A stretch of DNA of 64,000 nucleotides from Eledone cirrhosa (taxonomy: Eukaryota): the NCBI GenBank assembly GCA_964016885.1, contig OZ024759.1, positions 9,052,001-9,116,000 on the forward strand, read 5' to 3'. The notes below the pieces were generated by a model. That model was not told the DNA's origin. It saw only the letters and a program-made list of their open reading frames with translations, and ran no database searches. Position numbers and translations under genes: made by a program. Positions within the stretch are counted from its first letter, which is position 1, and every line of letters starts with the position of its first letter. Positions 38,340 to 52,100 of this stretch are shown here, in pieces.

Positions 38340-38383
<44 letters not shown>

Positions 38384-38430
38384 TCAAAGATATTAAATAA
38401 ATGGAAACTATATTTATAAAACCATATTTA

Positions 38431-38487
38431 TTCTATTATATATATTTCAAGGGTACCAAAACTTTGGTACGCTCTCATCAGATAAAA
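38431..38487 (-). ncRNA. Minimal hammerhead ribozyme (left arm)
   Basis: Reverse complement of 38621-38677. Confidence 0.8.
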
Positions 38488-38620
38488 TACAAAGTTCGTT
38501 TTATAAATATTGATATAACCAAGAAAAAATACCTTAACGGTTCAAGTTTTTCCAGGAAAAACTTGAACCGTTGGGGTATTTTTTCTTGGTTATGTCAACA
38601 TTTATAAAACAAACTTTGTA

Positions 38621-38677
38621 ATTTATCTGATGAGAGCGTACCAAAGTTTTGGTACCCTTGAAATATATATAATAGAA
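38621..38677 (+). ncRNA. Minimal hammerhead ribozyme
   Basis: tttat-CTGATGA-gagcgtaccaaa(gt)tttggtaccctt-GAAA-t(atat)a-TA-ataga. Confidence 0.82.
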
Positions 38678-38831
38678 TAAATATGGTTTTATAAATATAG
38701 TTTCCATTTATTTAATATCATTGAATATATACTCCAGAAAACTTGTCGAGTGCTTTGAATAAGTCATAAACATTTATATTTGTTGAATTACCAACAAATT
38801 GAATTACAGCGTGGACTGTGTGTTTTTTTGT

Positions 38832-38893
<62 letters not shown>

Positions 38894-39035
38894 AGGAGTT
38901 GAAGGCCCCAGCATATTTATCAATGCCAGTACCGGTTATATCTCAGGGTACTCAATAGGCAATGTAAGATACATTCCCAGAGTATACACATAGCTATTCG
39001 CTTCAATACACGTAAAACAGGTGCCTATAATAGTT

Positions 39036-39072
39036 CCCGGACTCGAGTTTCTGCTGCACTTAATGCACCATC
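39036..39072 (-). ncRNA. Hammerhead 3' half, cut by an adjacent SINE tail
   Basis: Minus strand GAAA-c(tcga)g-TC, followed by the conserved bulged hairpin at 38949-38984. Confidence 0.5.
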
Positions 39073-39074
39073 AA

Positions 39075-39415
39075 CATCATCATCATCATCATCATTTTAC
39101 GTCCGCTTTTCCCTGCTTGCAAGGGTGGGACGGGAACTGATTCTGGCTTGATTTCTACAGCTGGATGCCCTTCCTAACACCAACCTCATTTACAGTGAGT
39201 GCTGGGTACTTTTTTGCCGTGGCACCTGCACGACCACTTTGCAGTGGAATGATAAGGACCCCAGTCCCTATCATCTCATTTCTACAGCTGAGTAAACTGG
39301 GGCAATGTGAAATAAAGTGTCTTGCTCAAGGAAACAACACATCACCCGGTCTGAGAATTGAACTCACAACCTTTCGATTGCAAGACCAATGCTCTAATCA
39401 CTAACCATGTGCACC
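39075..39415 (-). mobile_element. CORE-type SINE, second copy
   Basis: Near-identical to 14388-14716. Confidence 0.8.
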
Positions 39416-39549
39416 ATATATATATATATATATATATATATATCATCATCATCGCTCTTTAACATCCATTTTTCCACACCAGCATGGGTTAGACAAGTTG
39501 TCCCATTGTGAGACAAGTCAGATCAGATGACCATGTCTTGTTTCTGGCT

Positions 39550-41072
39550 TGTATTTCAGTCTATATATGTATAAAATATATACACATATGAGGTGTGTAT
39601 ATTTCAGTCTATATATGTATAAAATATATACATGTGAGGTGTGTATATTTCAGTATATATATATATATATATATATATGTGTAAAATATACACATGTGAG
39701 GTGTGTATATTTCAGTATATATATGTGTAATATATACACATGTTAGTGTATATATTTCAGTATATATATGTGGAATATATACACATGTGATGTGTGTATA
39801 TTTCAGTCTATATATGTATAAAAAATATATACACATATGAGGTGTGTATATTTCAGTATATATATGTGTAAATATACACATGTGAGGTGTGTATATTTCA
39901 GTCTATATATGTGTAAAATATACACATGTGAGGTGTGTATATTTCAGTATATATATGTGTAAAATATACACATTTGAGGTGTATATATTTCAGTCTATAT
40001 ATGTGTAAAAATATACATACATGAGGTGTATATATTTCAGTATATATATGTGTAAAAATATACATGTGAGGTGTATATATTTCAGTATATATATGTGTAA
40101 AAATATACATACATGAGGTGTATATATTTCAGTATATATATGTGTAAAAATATACATACATGAGGTGTATATATTTCAGTATATATATGTGTAAAAATAT
40201 ACATACATGAGGTGTATATATTTCAGTATATATATGTGTAAAAATATACATACATGAGGTGTATATATTTCAGTCTATATATGTGTAAAATATACATACA
40301 CGAGGTGTATATATTTCAGTCTATATATGTGTAAAAATATACATACATGAGGTGTATATATTTCAGTATATATATGTGTAAAATATACATACATGAGGTG
40401 TATATATTTCAGTCTATATATGTGTAAAATATACACATTTGAGGTGTATATATTTCAGTATATATATGTGTAAAAATATACATACATGAGGTGTATATAT
40501 TTCAGTGTATATATGTGTAAAATATACATACATGAGGTGTATATATTTCAGTATATATATGTGTAAAAATATACATACATGAGGTGTATATATTTCAGTG
40601 TATATATGTGTAAAATATACACATTTGAGGTGTATATATTTCAGTATATATATGTGTAAAAATATACATACATGAGGTGTATATATTTCAGTATATATAT
40701 GTGTAAAAATATACATACATGAGGTGTATATATTTCAGTATATATATGTGTAAAATATACACATTTGAGGTGTATATATTTCAGTCTATATATGTGTAAA
40801 ATATACATACATGAGGTGTATATATTTCAGTGTATATATGTGTAAAATATACATACATGAGGTGTATATATTTCAGTATATATATGTGTAAAATATACAC
40901 ATTTGAGGTGTATATATTTCAGTCTATATATGTGTAAAATATACATACATGAGGTGTATATATTTCAGTCTATATATGTGTAAAATATACATACATGAGG
41001 TGTATATATTTCAGTCTATATATGTGTAAAATATACATACATGAGGTGTATATATATTTCAGTGTATATATG
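39550..41072. repeat. 46-47-bp AT-rich minisatellite, ~33 copies
   Basis: Unit gaggtgtatatatttcagtatatatatgtgtaaaa(a)tatacatacat. Confidence 0.93.
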
Positions 41073-41117
41073 TGTGTTGTTCCAAACAAACTTGTATTTT
41101 ATTCTTGGCTCCTTCAG

Positions 41118-41248
41118 ATCAAAATATATTCAGTTTGAACAGTTCCAGTGGAGAGTTGAGTATTTTATCCAGGTTCCCTGGCCAACCCAGTACTTACACA
41201 GTCACAGTAGAAGCCCAAAATCTGTGCAATGTCACAGTAGAGGAAAAG
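41118..41248 (+). CDS. Cadherin exon H (QNIFSLNSSSGELSI...VEEK)
   Basis: ccttcag|AT ... AAG|gtataa. FxLxxxSGEL pattern. Phase 1/0. Confidence 0.85.
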
Positions 41249-41250
41249 GT

Positions 41251-41610
41251 ATAATATAATATAATGAAATTATTGTGTACAGTGCTCAGGTGCACTACAA
41301 CTCATCAAAGATGCATGTATAGTACATAGAATAATATACAAATGTCAGGGAAGGTGTACAAAATGCTAAGCGTTTCCCAAACAATATATGATTCCCTCCC
41401 TCTACATATAATAATAATAATGAAATTATTGTGTACAGTGCTCAGGTGCACTACAACTCATCAAAGGTGCATGTATAGTACATAGAATAATGTACAAATG
41501 TCAGGAAAATAAACAGTGTATGAGTCATGATATAATAACAATAACAATAATGAAATATTGTGCACAGTGCCCAGGTGCACCACAACCCATCAAAAAAGTG
41601 CATGTACAGT
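41251..41610 (-). mobile_element. Two 3'-end fragments of the CR1-type LINE
   Basis: 41410-41610 is essentially identical to 61872-62072; 41259-41350 is a second, partial copy. Confidence 0.85.
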
Positions 41611-41833
41611 GTATGTGTGTGTCTGAAATGGTGAAAAATCATTATGTAATGGAGTTGTGAAACGAAAACTATACTCTAAACATTTGAAACATTTCAAAAT
41701 ATTTAGACATCATAAAAATATTCTCCAATTGCGAGAATTTATAAAACGACACCATCTAAACATAATATATTAACTGCCTCAATATAAATGGTTGCAATTT
41801 TTGCCCATTTCTTAGATATAACATTATTTGAAG

Positions 41834-42690
41834 GGCGGTGAACTGGCAGGCGGTGGATTGGCAGTATCGGTAGAGAGTCGGACGCCATGCTTTGAAGCAT
41901 AGTTACGTCCCTTTACGATCTGAGTTCAAATCCCGCCGAGGTTGACTTTGCCCTTCATCCTTACGGGGTCGATAAAATAAAGTACCAGTAATGCACTGGG
42001 TAATTGCTGGCCTTGTGCCTAAAGTAGAAACAAGTATTGGTAGAGGGTCGGACGCCATGCTTTGCAGCAAAGAGTTACGGCCCTTTACGATCTGAGTTCA
42101 AATCCCGCCGAGGTTGACTTTGCCCTTCATCCTTACGGGGTCGATAAAATAAAGTAGCAGTAATGCACTGGGTAATTGCTGGCCTTGTGCCTAAAGTAGA
42201 AACAAGTATTGGTAGAGGGTCGGACGCCATGCTTTGCAGCAAAGAGTTACGGCCCTTTATGGTCTGAGTTCAAATCCCGCTGAGGTTGACTTTGCCTTTC
42301 ATCCTTACGGGGTCGATAAAATAAAGTACCAGTAATGTACTGGGGTAATTGCTGGCCTTGTGCCAAAAGTAGAAACAATTATTTGAATGACCAATAAAAT
42401 TGACCAATCAGAGCACATTCTACTTGTTTCTCCTTATTAGGGCCCCTTGTTTTACTATACAAAGCCCAGATTATTGGAGCCATATTATATACTAAGACAC
42501 CGCGGTGGATTGGCAGTATCGGTAGAGGGTCGGACACCATGCTTTGACGTATAGAGTTACGGCCCTTGCCATTCTGAGTTCAAATCCCGCCAAGGTTAAC
42601 TTTGCCTTTCATCCTTACGGGGTCGATAGAATAAAGTACCAGTAATGTACTGGGTGATGGCTGGCCTTGTGCCTAAAGTAGAAACAATTA
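41834..42690 (+). mobile_element. Cluster of four Meta-type SINEs (three head-to-tail)
   Basis: Consensus repeated at about 41848, 42034, 42205 and 42502. Confidence 0.85.
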
Positions 42691-42749
42691 TATACTAAGA
42701 CAACTAGTAATGTCAGCCATACACATCAAATTATTTGAAAGAAATAAAA

Positions 42750-45700
42750 TAGGGAGGAGGGGGTGAATTAGACTTATACAAGAATATATACAGTAGTAGG
42801 GAGGAGGGGTGAATTAGACTTATACAAGAATATATACAGTAGTAGGGAGGAGGGGTGAATTAGACTTATACAAGAATATATACAGTAGTAGGGAGGAGGG
42901 GTGAATTAGACTTATACAAGAATATATACAGTAGTAGAGAGGAGGGGGTGAATTAGACTTATACAAGAATATATACAGTAGTAGGGAGGAGGGGTGAATT
43001 AGACTTATACAAGAATATATACAGTAGTAGGGAGGAGGGGGTGAATTAGACTTATACAAGAATATATACAGTAGTAGAGTGGAGGGGTTGAATTAGACTT
43101 ATACAAGAATATATACATTAGTAGAGAGGAGGGGGTGAATTAGACTTATACAAGAATATATACAGTAGTAGGGAGGAGGGGTGAATTAGACTTATACAAG
43201 AATATATACAGTAGTAGAGAGGAGGGGGTGAATTAGACTTATACAAGAATATATACAGTAGTAGGGAGGAGGGGTGAATTAGACTTATACAAGAATATAT
43301 ACAGTAGTAGAGAGGAGGGGGTGAATTAGACTTATACAAGAATATATACAGTAGTAGAGAGGAGGGGGTGAATTAGACTTATACAAGAATATATACAGTA
43401 GTAGAGAGGAGGTGGTGAATTAGACTTATACAAGAATATATACAGTAGTAGAGAGGAGGGGGGAATTAGACTTATACAAGAATATATACAGTAGTAGAGA
43501 GGGGGGGAATTAGACTTATACAAGAATATATACAGTAGTAGAGAGGAGGGGGTGAATTAGACTTATACAAGAATATATTCAGTAGTAGAGAGGAGGGGGT
43601 GAATTAGACTTATACAAGAATATATACAGTAGTAGAGAGGAGGGGGTGAATTAGACTTATACAAGAATGTATACAGTAGTAGAGAGGAGGGGGTGAATTA
43701 GACTTATACAAGAATATATACAGTAGTAGAGAGGAGGGGGTGAATTAGACTTATACAAGAATATATACAGTAGTAGAGAGGAGGGGGTGAATTAGACTTA
43801 TACAAGAATATATACAGTAGTAGAGAGGAGGGGGTGAATTAGACTTATACAAGAATATATACAGTAGTAGAGAGGAGGGGGTGAATTAGACTTATACAAG
43901 AATATATACAGTAGTAGAGAGGAGGGGGTGAATTAGACTTATACAAGAATATATACAGTAGTAGAGAGGAGGGGGTGAATTAGACTTATACAAGAATATA
44001 TATAGTAGTAGAGAGGAGGGGGTGAATTAGACTTATACAAGAATATATACAGTAGTAGGGAGGAGGGGGTGAATTAGACTTATACAAGAATATATACAGT
44101 AGTAGGGAGGAGGGGGTGAATTAGACTTATACAAGAATATATACAGTAGTAGAGAAGAGGGGGTGAATTAGACTTATACAAGAATATATACAGTAGTAGA
44201 GAGGAGGGGGGAATTAGACTTATACAAGAATATATACAGTAGTAGAGAGGAGGGGGTGAATTAGACTTATACAAGAATATATACAGTAGTAGAGAGGAGG
44301 GGGTGAATTAGACTTATACAAGAATATATACAGTAGTAGAGAGGAGGGGGTGAATTAGACTTATACAAGAATATATACAGTAGTAGAGAGGAGGGGGTGA
44401 ATTAGACTTATACAAGAATATATACAGTAGTAGAGAAGAGGGGGTGAATTAGACTTATACAAGAATATATACAGTAGTAGAGAGGAGGGGGTGAATTAGA
44501 CTTATACAAGAATATATACAGTAGTAGAGAGGAGGGGGTGAATTAGACTTATACAAGAATATATACAGTAGTAGAGAAGAGGGGGTGAATTAGACTTATA
44601 CAAGAATATATACAGTAGTAGGGAGGAGGGGGTGAATTAGACTTATACAAGAATATATACAGTAGTAGGGAGGAGGGGGTGAATTAGACTTATACAAGAA
44701 TATATACAGTAGTAGAGAGGAGGGGGTGAATTAGACTTATACAAGAATATATACAGTAGTAGGGAGGAGGGGGTGAATTAGACTTATACAAGAATATATA
44801 CAGTAGTAGAGAAGAGGGGGTGAATTAGACTTATACAAGAATATATACAGTAGTAGGGAGGAGGGGGTGAATTAGACTTATACAAGAATATATACAGTAG
44901 TAGAGAGGAGGGGGTGAATTAGACTTATACAAGAATATATACAGTAGTAGGGAGGAGGGGGTGAATTAGACTTATACAAGAATATATACAGTAGTAGAGA
45001 AGAGGGGGTGAATTAGACTTATACAAGAATATATACAGTAGTAGAGAGGAGGGGGTGAATTAGACTTATACAAGAATATATACAGTAGTAGGGAGGAGGG
45101 GGTGAATTAGACTTATACAAGAATATATACAGTAGTAGGGAGGAGGGGGTGAATTAGACTTATACAAGAATATATACAGTAGTAGAGAGGAGGGGGTGAA
45201 TTAGACTTATACAAGAATATATACAGTAGTAGAGAGGAGGGGGGATTAGACTTATACAAGAATATATACAGTAGTAGAGAAGAGGGGGTGAATTAGACTT
45301 ATACAAGAATATATACAGTAGTAGAGAGGAGGGGGTGAATTAGACTTATACAAGAATATATACAGTAGTAGAGAGGAGGGGGTGAATTAGACTTATACAA
45401 GAATATATACAGTTGTAGAGAGGAGGGGGTGAATTAGACTTATACGAGAATATATACAGTAGTAGAGAGGAGGGGGTGAATTAGACTTATACAAGAATAT
45501 ATACAGTAGTAGGGAGAAGGGGTGAATTAGACTTATACAAGAATATATACAGTAGTAGAGAGGAGGGGGTAAATTAGACTTATACAAGAATATATACAGT
45601 AGTAGAGAGGAGGGGGTGAATTAAACTTATACAAGAATATATACAGTAGTAGGGAGGAGGGGTGAATTAGACTTATACAAGAATATATACAGTAGTAGAG

Positions 45701-48431
45701 AGGAGGGGGGTGAATTAGACTTATACAAGAATATATACAGTAGTAGAGAGGAGGGGGTGAATTAGACTTATACAAGAATATATACAGTAGTAGAGAGGAG
45801 GGGGTGAATTAGACTTATACAAGAATATATACAGTAGTAGAGAGGAGGGTGTGAATTAGACTTATACAAGAATATATACAGTAGTAGAGAGGAGGGGGTG
45901 AATTAGACTTACACAAGAATATATACAGTAGTAGAGAGGGGGGGATTAGACTTATACAAGAATATATACAGTAGTAGAGAAGAGGGGGTGAATTAGACTT
46001 ATACAAGAATATATACAGTAGTAGAGAGGAGGGGGTGAATTAGACTTATACAAGAATATATACAGTAGTAGAGAGGAGGGGGTGAATTAGACTTATACAA
46101 GAATATATACAGTAGTAGAGAGGGGGGGATTAGACTTATACAAGAATATATACAGTAGTAGAGAGGAGGGGGTGAATTAGACTTATACAAGAATATATAC
46201 AGTAGTAGAGAGGAGGGGGTGAATTAGACTTATACAAGAATATATACAGTAGTAGAGAGGAGGGGGTGAATTAGACTTATACAAGAATATATACAGTAGT
46301 AGAGAGGAGGGGGTGAATTAGACTTATACAAGAATATATACAGTAGTAGAGAAGAGGGGGTGAATTAGACTTATACAAGAATATATACAGTAGTAGAGAG
46401 GAGGGGGTGAATTAGACTTATACAAGAATATATACAGTAGTAGAGAGGAGGGGGTGAATTAGACTTATACAAGAATATATACAGTAGTAGAGAGGGGGGG
46501 ATTAGACTTATACAAGAATATATACAGTAGTAGAGAGGAGGGGGTGAATTAGACTTATACAAGAATATATACAGTAGTAGAGAGGAGGGGGTGAATTAGA
46601 CTTATACAAGAATATATACAGTAGTAGGGAGGAGGGGGTGAATTAGACTTATACAAGAATATATACAGTAGTAGAGAGGGGGGATTAGACTTATACAAGA
46701 ATATATACAGTAGTAGAGAGGAGGGGGTGAATTAGACTTATACAAGAATATATACAGTAGTAGAGAGGAGGGGGTGAATTAGACTTATACAAGAATATAT
46801 ACAGTAGTAGGGAGGAGGGGGTGAATTAGACTTATACAAGAATATATACAGTAGTAGAGAGGGGGGGATTAGACTTATACAAGAATATATACAGTAGTAG
46901 AGAGGGGGGGATTAGACTTATACAAGAATATATACAGTAGTAGAGAGGAGGGGGTGAATTAGACTTATACAAGAATATATACAGTAGTAGAGAGGAGGGG
47001 GTGAATTAGACTTATACAAGAATATATACAGTAGTAGAGAGGAGGGGGTGAATTAGACTTATACAAGAATATATACAGTAGTAGAGAGGAGGGGGTGAAT
47101 TAGACTTATACAAGAATATATACAGTAGTAGAGAAGAGGGGGTGAATTAGACTTATACAAGAATATATACAGTAGTAGAGAGGAGGGGGTGAATTAGACT
47201 TATACAAGAATATATACAGTAGTAGAGAGGAGGGGGTGAATTAGACTTATACAAGAATATATACAGTAGTAGAGAAGAGGGGGTGAATTAGACTTATACA
47301 AGAATATATACAGTAGTAGAGAGGAGGGGGTGAATTAGACTTATACAAGAATATATACAGTAGTAGAGAGGAGGGGGTGAATTAGACTTATACAAGAATA
47401 TATACAGTAGTAGAGAGGAGGGGGTGAATTAGACTTATACAAGAATATATACAGTAGTAGAGAGGAGGGGGTGAATTAGACTTATACAAGAATATATACA
47501 GTAGTAGAGAAGAGGGGGTGAATTAGACTTATACAAGAATATATACAGTAGTAGAGAGGAGGGGGTGAATTAGACTTATACAAGAATATATACAGTAGTA
47601 GAGAGGAGGGGGTGAATTAGACTTATACAAGAATATATACAGTAGTAGAGAGGAGGGGGTGAATTAGACTTATACAAGAATATATACAGTAGTAGAGAGG
47701 AGGGGGTGAATTAGACTTATACAAGAATATATACAGTAGTAGAGAGGAGGGGGTGAATTAGACTTATACAAGAATATATACAGTAGTAGGGAGGAGGGGG
47801 TGAATTAGACTTATACAAGGATATATACAGTAGTAGAGAGGGGGGGATTAGACTTATACAAGAATATATACAGTAGTAGAGAGGAGGGGGTGAATTAGAC
47901 TTATACAAGAATATATACAGTAGTAGAGAGGAGGGGGTGAATTAGACTTATACAAGAATATATACAGTAGTAGGGAGGAGGGGGTGAATTAGACTTATAC
48001 AAGAATATATACAGTAGTAGAGAGGGGGGGATTAGACTTATACAAGAATATATACAGTAGTAGAGAGGGGGGGATTAGACTTATACAAGAATATATACAG
48101 TAGTAGAGAGGAGGGGGTGAATTAGACTTATACAAGAATATATACAGTAGTAGAGAGGAGGGGGTGAATTAGACTTATACAAGAATATATACAGTAGTAG
48201 AGAGGAGGGGGTGAATTAGACTTATACAAGAATATATACAGTAGTAGAGAGGAGGGGGTGAATTAGACTTATACAAGAATATATACAGTAGTAGAGAGGA
48301 GGGGGTGAATTAGACTTATACAAGAATATATACAGTAGTACAGAGGAGGGGGTGAATTAGACTTATACAAGAATATATACAGTAGTAGAGAGGAGGGGGT
48401 GAATTAGACTTATACAAGAATATATACAGTA
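42750..48431. repeat. 47-bp minisatellite, ~5.7 kb, ~120 copies
   Basis: Unit gaggagggggtgaattagacttatacaagaatatatacagtagtaga. Confidence 0.97.
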
Positions 48432-48476
48432 AGTATTTACTAATGTGTGTTTGTGTTGTATTTCTGTTTTCTCCAG

Positions 48477-48636
48477 TTTAAAATCAAGTTATATGATGCC
48501 CCAAAGCAGAGTTCTAACAGCATTTTAAAGGTCACACTTCCAGAAGAAATTATCAACAACCAAAGTCTCTTCAATTTTTCTTCTCTTGAAGAATTTCAAG
48601 GAGATAATGTTTTGTTTGAATTACAAAACTTCAAAG
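48477..48636 (+). CDS. Cadherin exon I (FKIKLYD...VTLPEE...QNFK)
   Basis: ctccag|TTT ... G|gtaaac. PE motif. Phase 0/1 matches both neighbours. Confidence 0.85.
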
Positions 48637-48843
48637 GTAAACCATCATCATCACCATTTAACATCCATTTCCAATCTAGCATGGGTTAGATGGGTTGTCC
48701 TGTTGTGATACAAGTCAGATCAGATGACTGTGTCTTGCTCATACAGAACCGTTTCTGGCTTGGTTTCTACGACTGGATGTCCTTACTTATGCCAATCACA
48801 TTTACAATGTGGACCGGGTACCTTTTATCAGGGAACCAAATCA

Positions 48844-50170
48844 ACCACTTCATGGGGTGGGCTGGGTGTTTTTTGTTGTAGCACCAAAACGACCACTTTA
48901 TGGGGTGGGCTGGGTGTTTTTTGTTGTAGCACCAAAACGACCACTTTATGGGGTGGGCTGGGTGTTTTTTGTTGTAGCACCAAAACGACCACTTTATGGG
49001 GTGGGCTGGGTGTTTTTTGTTGTAGCACCTAAATGACCACTTTATGGGGTGGGCTGGGTGTTTTTTGTTGTAGCACCAAAACGACCACTTTATGGGGTGG
49101 GCTGGGTGTTTTTTGTTGTAGCACCAAAACGACCACTTTATGGGGTGGGCTGGGTGTTTTTTGTTGTAGCACCAAAGCGACCACTTTATGGGGTGGGCTG
49201 GGTGTTTTTTGTTGTAGCACCAAAACGACCACTTTATGGGGTGGGCTGGGTGTTTTTTGTTGTTGCACCAAAACGACCACTTTATGGGGTAGGCTGGGTG
49301 TTTTTTGTTGTAGCACCAAAACGACCACTTTATGGGGTGGTCTGGGTGTTTTTTGTTGTAGCACCAAAACGACCACTTTATGGGGTGGGCTGGGTGTTTT
49401 TTGTTGTAGCACCAAAGCGACCACTTTATGGGGTGGGCTGGGTGTTTTTTGTTGTAGCACCAAAACGACCACTTTATGGGGTGGGCTGGGTGTTTTTTGT
49501 TGTAGCACCAAAACGACCACTTTATGGGGTGGGTTGGGTGTTTTTTGTTGTAGCACCAAAGCGACCACTTTATGGGGTGGGCTGGGTGTTTTTTGTTGTA
49601 GCACCAAAACGACCACTTTATGGGGTGGGCTGGGTGTTTTTTGTTGTAGCACCAAAACGACCACTTTATGGGGTGGGCTGGGTGTTTTTTGTTGTAGCAC
49701 CAAAACGACCACTTTATGGGGTGGGTTGGGTGTTTTTTGTTGTAGCACCAAAGCGACCACTTTATGGGGTGGGCTGGGTGTTTTTTGTTGTAGCACCAAA
49801 ACGACCACTTTATGGGGTGGGCTGGGTGTTTTTTGTTGTAGCACCAAAACGACCACTTTATGGGGTGGGCTGGGTGTTTTTTGTTGTAGCACCAAAACGA
49901 CCACTTTATGGGGTGGGTTGGGTGTTTTTTGTTGTAGCACCAAAGCGACCACTTTATGGGGTGGGCTGGGTGTTTTTTGTTGTAGCACCAAAACGACCAC
50001 TTTATGGGGTGGGCTGGGTGTTTTTTGTTGTAGCACCAAAACGACCACTTTATGGGGTGGGCTGGGTGTTTTTTGTTGTAGCACCAAAACGACCACTTTA
50101 TGGGATGGGCTGGGTGTTTTTTGTTGTAGCACCAAAACGACCACTTTATGGGGTGGGTTGGGTGTTTTTT
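48844..50170. repeat. 48-bp minisatellite, ~27 copies, derived from an RTE 3' UTR subrepeat
   Basis: Unit accactttatggggtgggctgggtgttttttgttgtagcaccaaaacg; follows a degenerate minus-strand RTE tail at 48646-48842. Confidence 0.95.
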
Positions 50171-50434
50171 GGTGCATTTATTGATTTTTATGACTTAGAC
50201 AGAGAATTTTAGTTCCTACTAGACCATGTTCAGTTAAAAATAATTTTTAAATAATTAAAATATACACAGACATGTATATAATGTGAAATGAAACTGGAAG
50301 GCCCATATATATACGTGTGTGTGTGTGTATACATATATATATATGTATATGTGGGTGCCTGTGATCTATATACACTGGTCATAGACACACACACATATAC
50401 ACACATATATATATATATATACATAACTCGAATA

Positions 50435-52100
50435 TAGGGTCCAAGAGGTGATTAAGGAAATGAAAAATGGCAAGGCTGCTGGACCGTCGGGGATAGTTGC
50501 TGAGATGCTGAAGGCATCAGGGGACATAGGCACTAAACTGGTTGCACGCATCATCAATCAGGCTATATATGGTGGTGTCATACCCAAAGACTGGTGTAGC
50601 AGTATTCTCATAAATTGCTACAAAGGTAAAGGGGATGCTCTGGAGAGGAGCAATTATAGGGGTATAAAACTGATGGATCAGGTTATGAAAGTGGTAGAAA
50701 GGATATTAGCACAACTAATTAGAGAAAGGGTCAAACTAGATGAGATGCAGTTTGGTTTTGTGCCTGGGAAAAGTACAACAGATGCCCTCTTCTTGGTGAG
50801 ACAGTTACAAGAGATGTTCTTAGAGAAGAATAAGTCACTATACTTAGCCTTTGTTGACCTAGAGAAGGCCTTTGTTAGGGTACCCCGATCTGTCATCTGG
50901 TAGTCCCTAAGGAAGCTAGGTGTTGAGGAATGGCTTGTGAGGACAGTGCAAACTTTGTACAGAGGTGCTGTCAGTAAAGTCAGGGTAGGAATGGAGTTTA
51001 GTGAGGAATTCCAGATACAAGTGGGAGTACATCAAGGTTTGGTCCTCAGCTCACTCTTGTTCATTATAGTCCTCCAAGCCATAACAGAGGAGTTTAAGAC
51101 TGGCTGTCCATGGGAACTTCTCTATGCTGACGATCTGGTTCTTATAGCAGAATCAGTAGAGGAGCTAGAGATTAAATTCTGGCTATGGAAACAGCAGTTG
51201 GAATTAAGAGGACTGAGAGTGAACCTAGCTAAGACAAAAGTGTTGATGAGTAGAAAAGAGGACAAAACTCTTATTCCACCAGGAAAATGGCCATGTTTGA
51301 TATGTAGAAAAGGAACTGGCATAAATTCTATAAAATTTACACAATGCAGATCTTGGGTACACAGGAGATGTAGTGGGAGAGCAGGCAAACTAACAGGTAG
51401 GGAAAACTATGTATGCAGTAGATGTACAGGGAAATTTGACAGTAGAAGTCGCAGTGATAAATACATTTTTCAAATGCAGGTGGGTGCTATAGAAGAGGTT
51501 GGTAGCTTCCGGTACCTTGGAGATCAGATTAGCATGGGAGGGGTGTGTTCCGAAGCCATAGTATCTAGAATAAGGACGGGTTAGAAGCTTCCTCTGCTGA
51601 TGAAGAAGAGTTTCTCCTTACGTACGAAAGGAAGGTTATATGATGCCTGTGTGAGGTGCGCGATGCTGCATGGTAGTAAAACATGGGCAGCAACTGCAGA
51701 GGATATGCGACAGCTGGAGGGAAATGAGGCAAGCATGCTCCGTTGGATGTGTAATGTCAATGTGTGAACGACCCAGCATAAATGTGTTGAGAGAGAAACT
51801 GTCTGAGAGGGATAGAATGTAGTGTGCAAGAGAGGAGACTGCGATGGTATGGACATGTGATGCGCGTGGAGGATGACCGATGGGTGAAGAAGTGCCAGGA
51901 AATGCCAGTTGAAGGAAGACGTGGTAGAGGTAGACCACGTAAAACATGGGCGGAGGTGGTGAGAGCAGACCTCAGATCGCTGAAACTCACGGTGGAGATG
52001 ACGAAGGACCGTGTCAAGTGGAGAGATGTTGTGTTGAATAGGACCCGTCCCACCCTTGCGAGCAGGGAAAAGTGGACGTAAAATGATGTTGAGGATGATG
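50435..52100 (+). mobile_element. RTE LINE RT region, pseudogenised
   Basis: NYRGIKL, QFGF, DLEKAF, HQG, YADD and RRLRWYGH with stops and frameshifts; ggacgtaaaa(tga)n tail. Confidence 0.92.

Larger units (their letters stand above)
37803..38346. repeat. Near-perfect inverted repeat, ~263-bp arms, 18-nt spacer
   Basis: Arms 37803-38065 and 38084-38346. Confidence 0.95.
38381..38727. repeat. Inverted repeat, 173-bp arms, 1-nt centre at 38554
   Basis: ...caagtttttcc(a)ggaaaaacttg... Confidence 0.93.

Noticed and set aside
49029-50212. Three ~385-aa ORFs on both strands
   Set aside because: Artefact of the 48-bp repeat.
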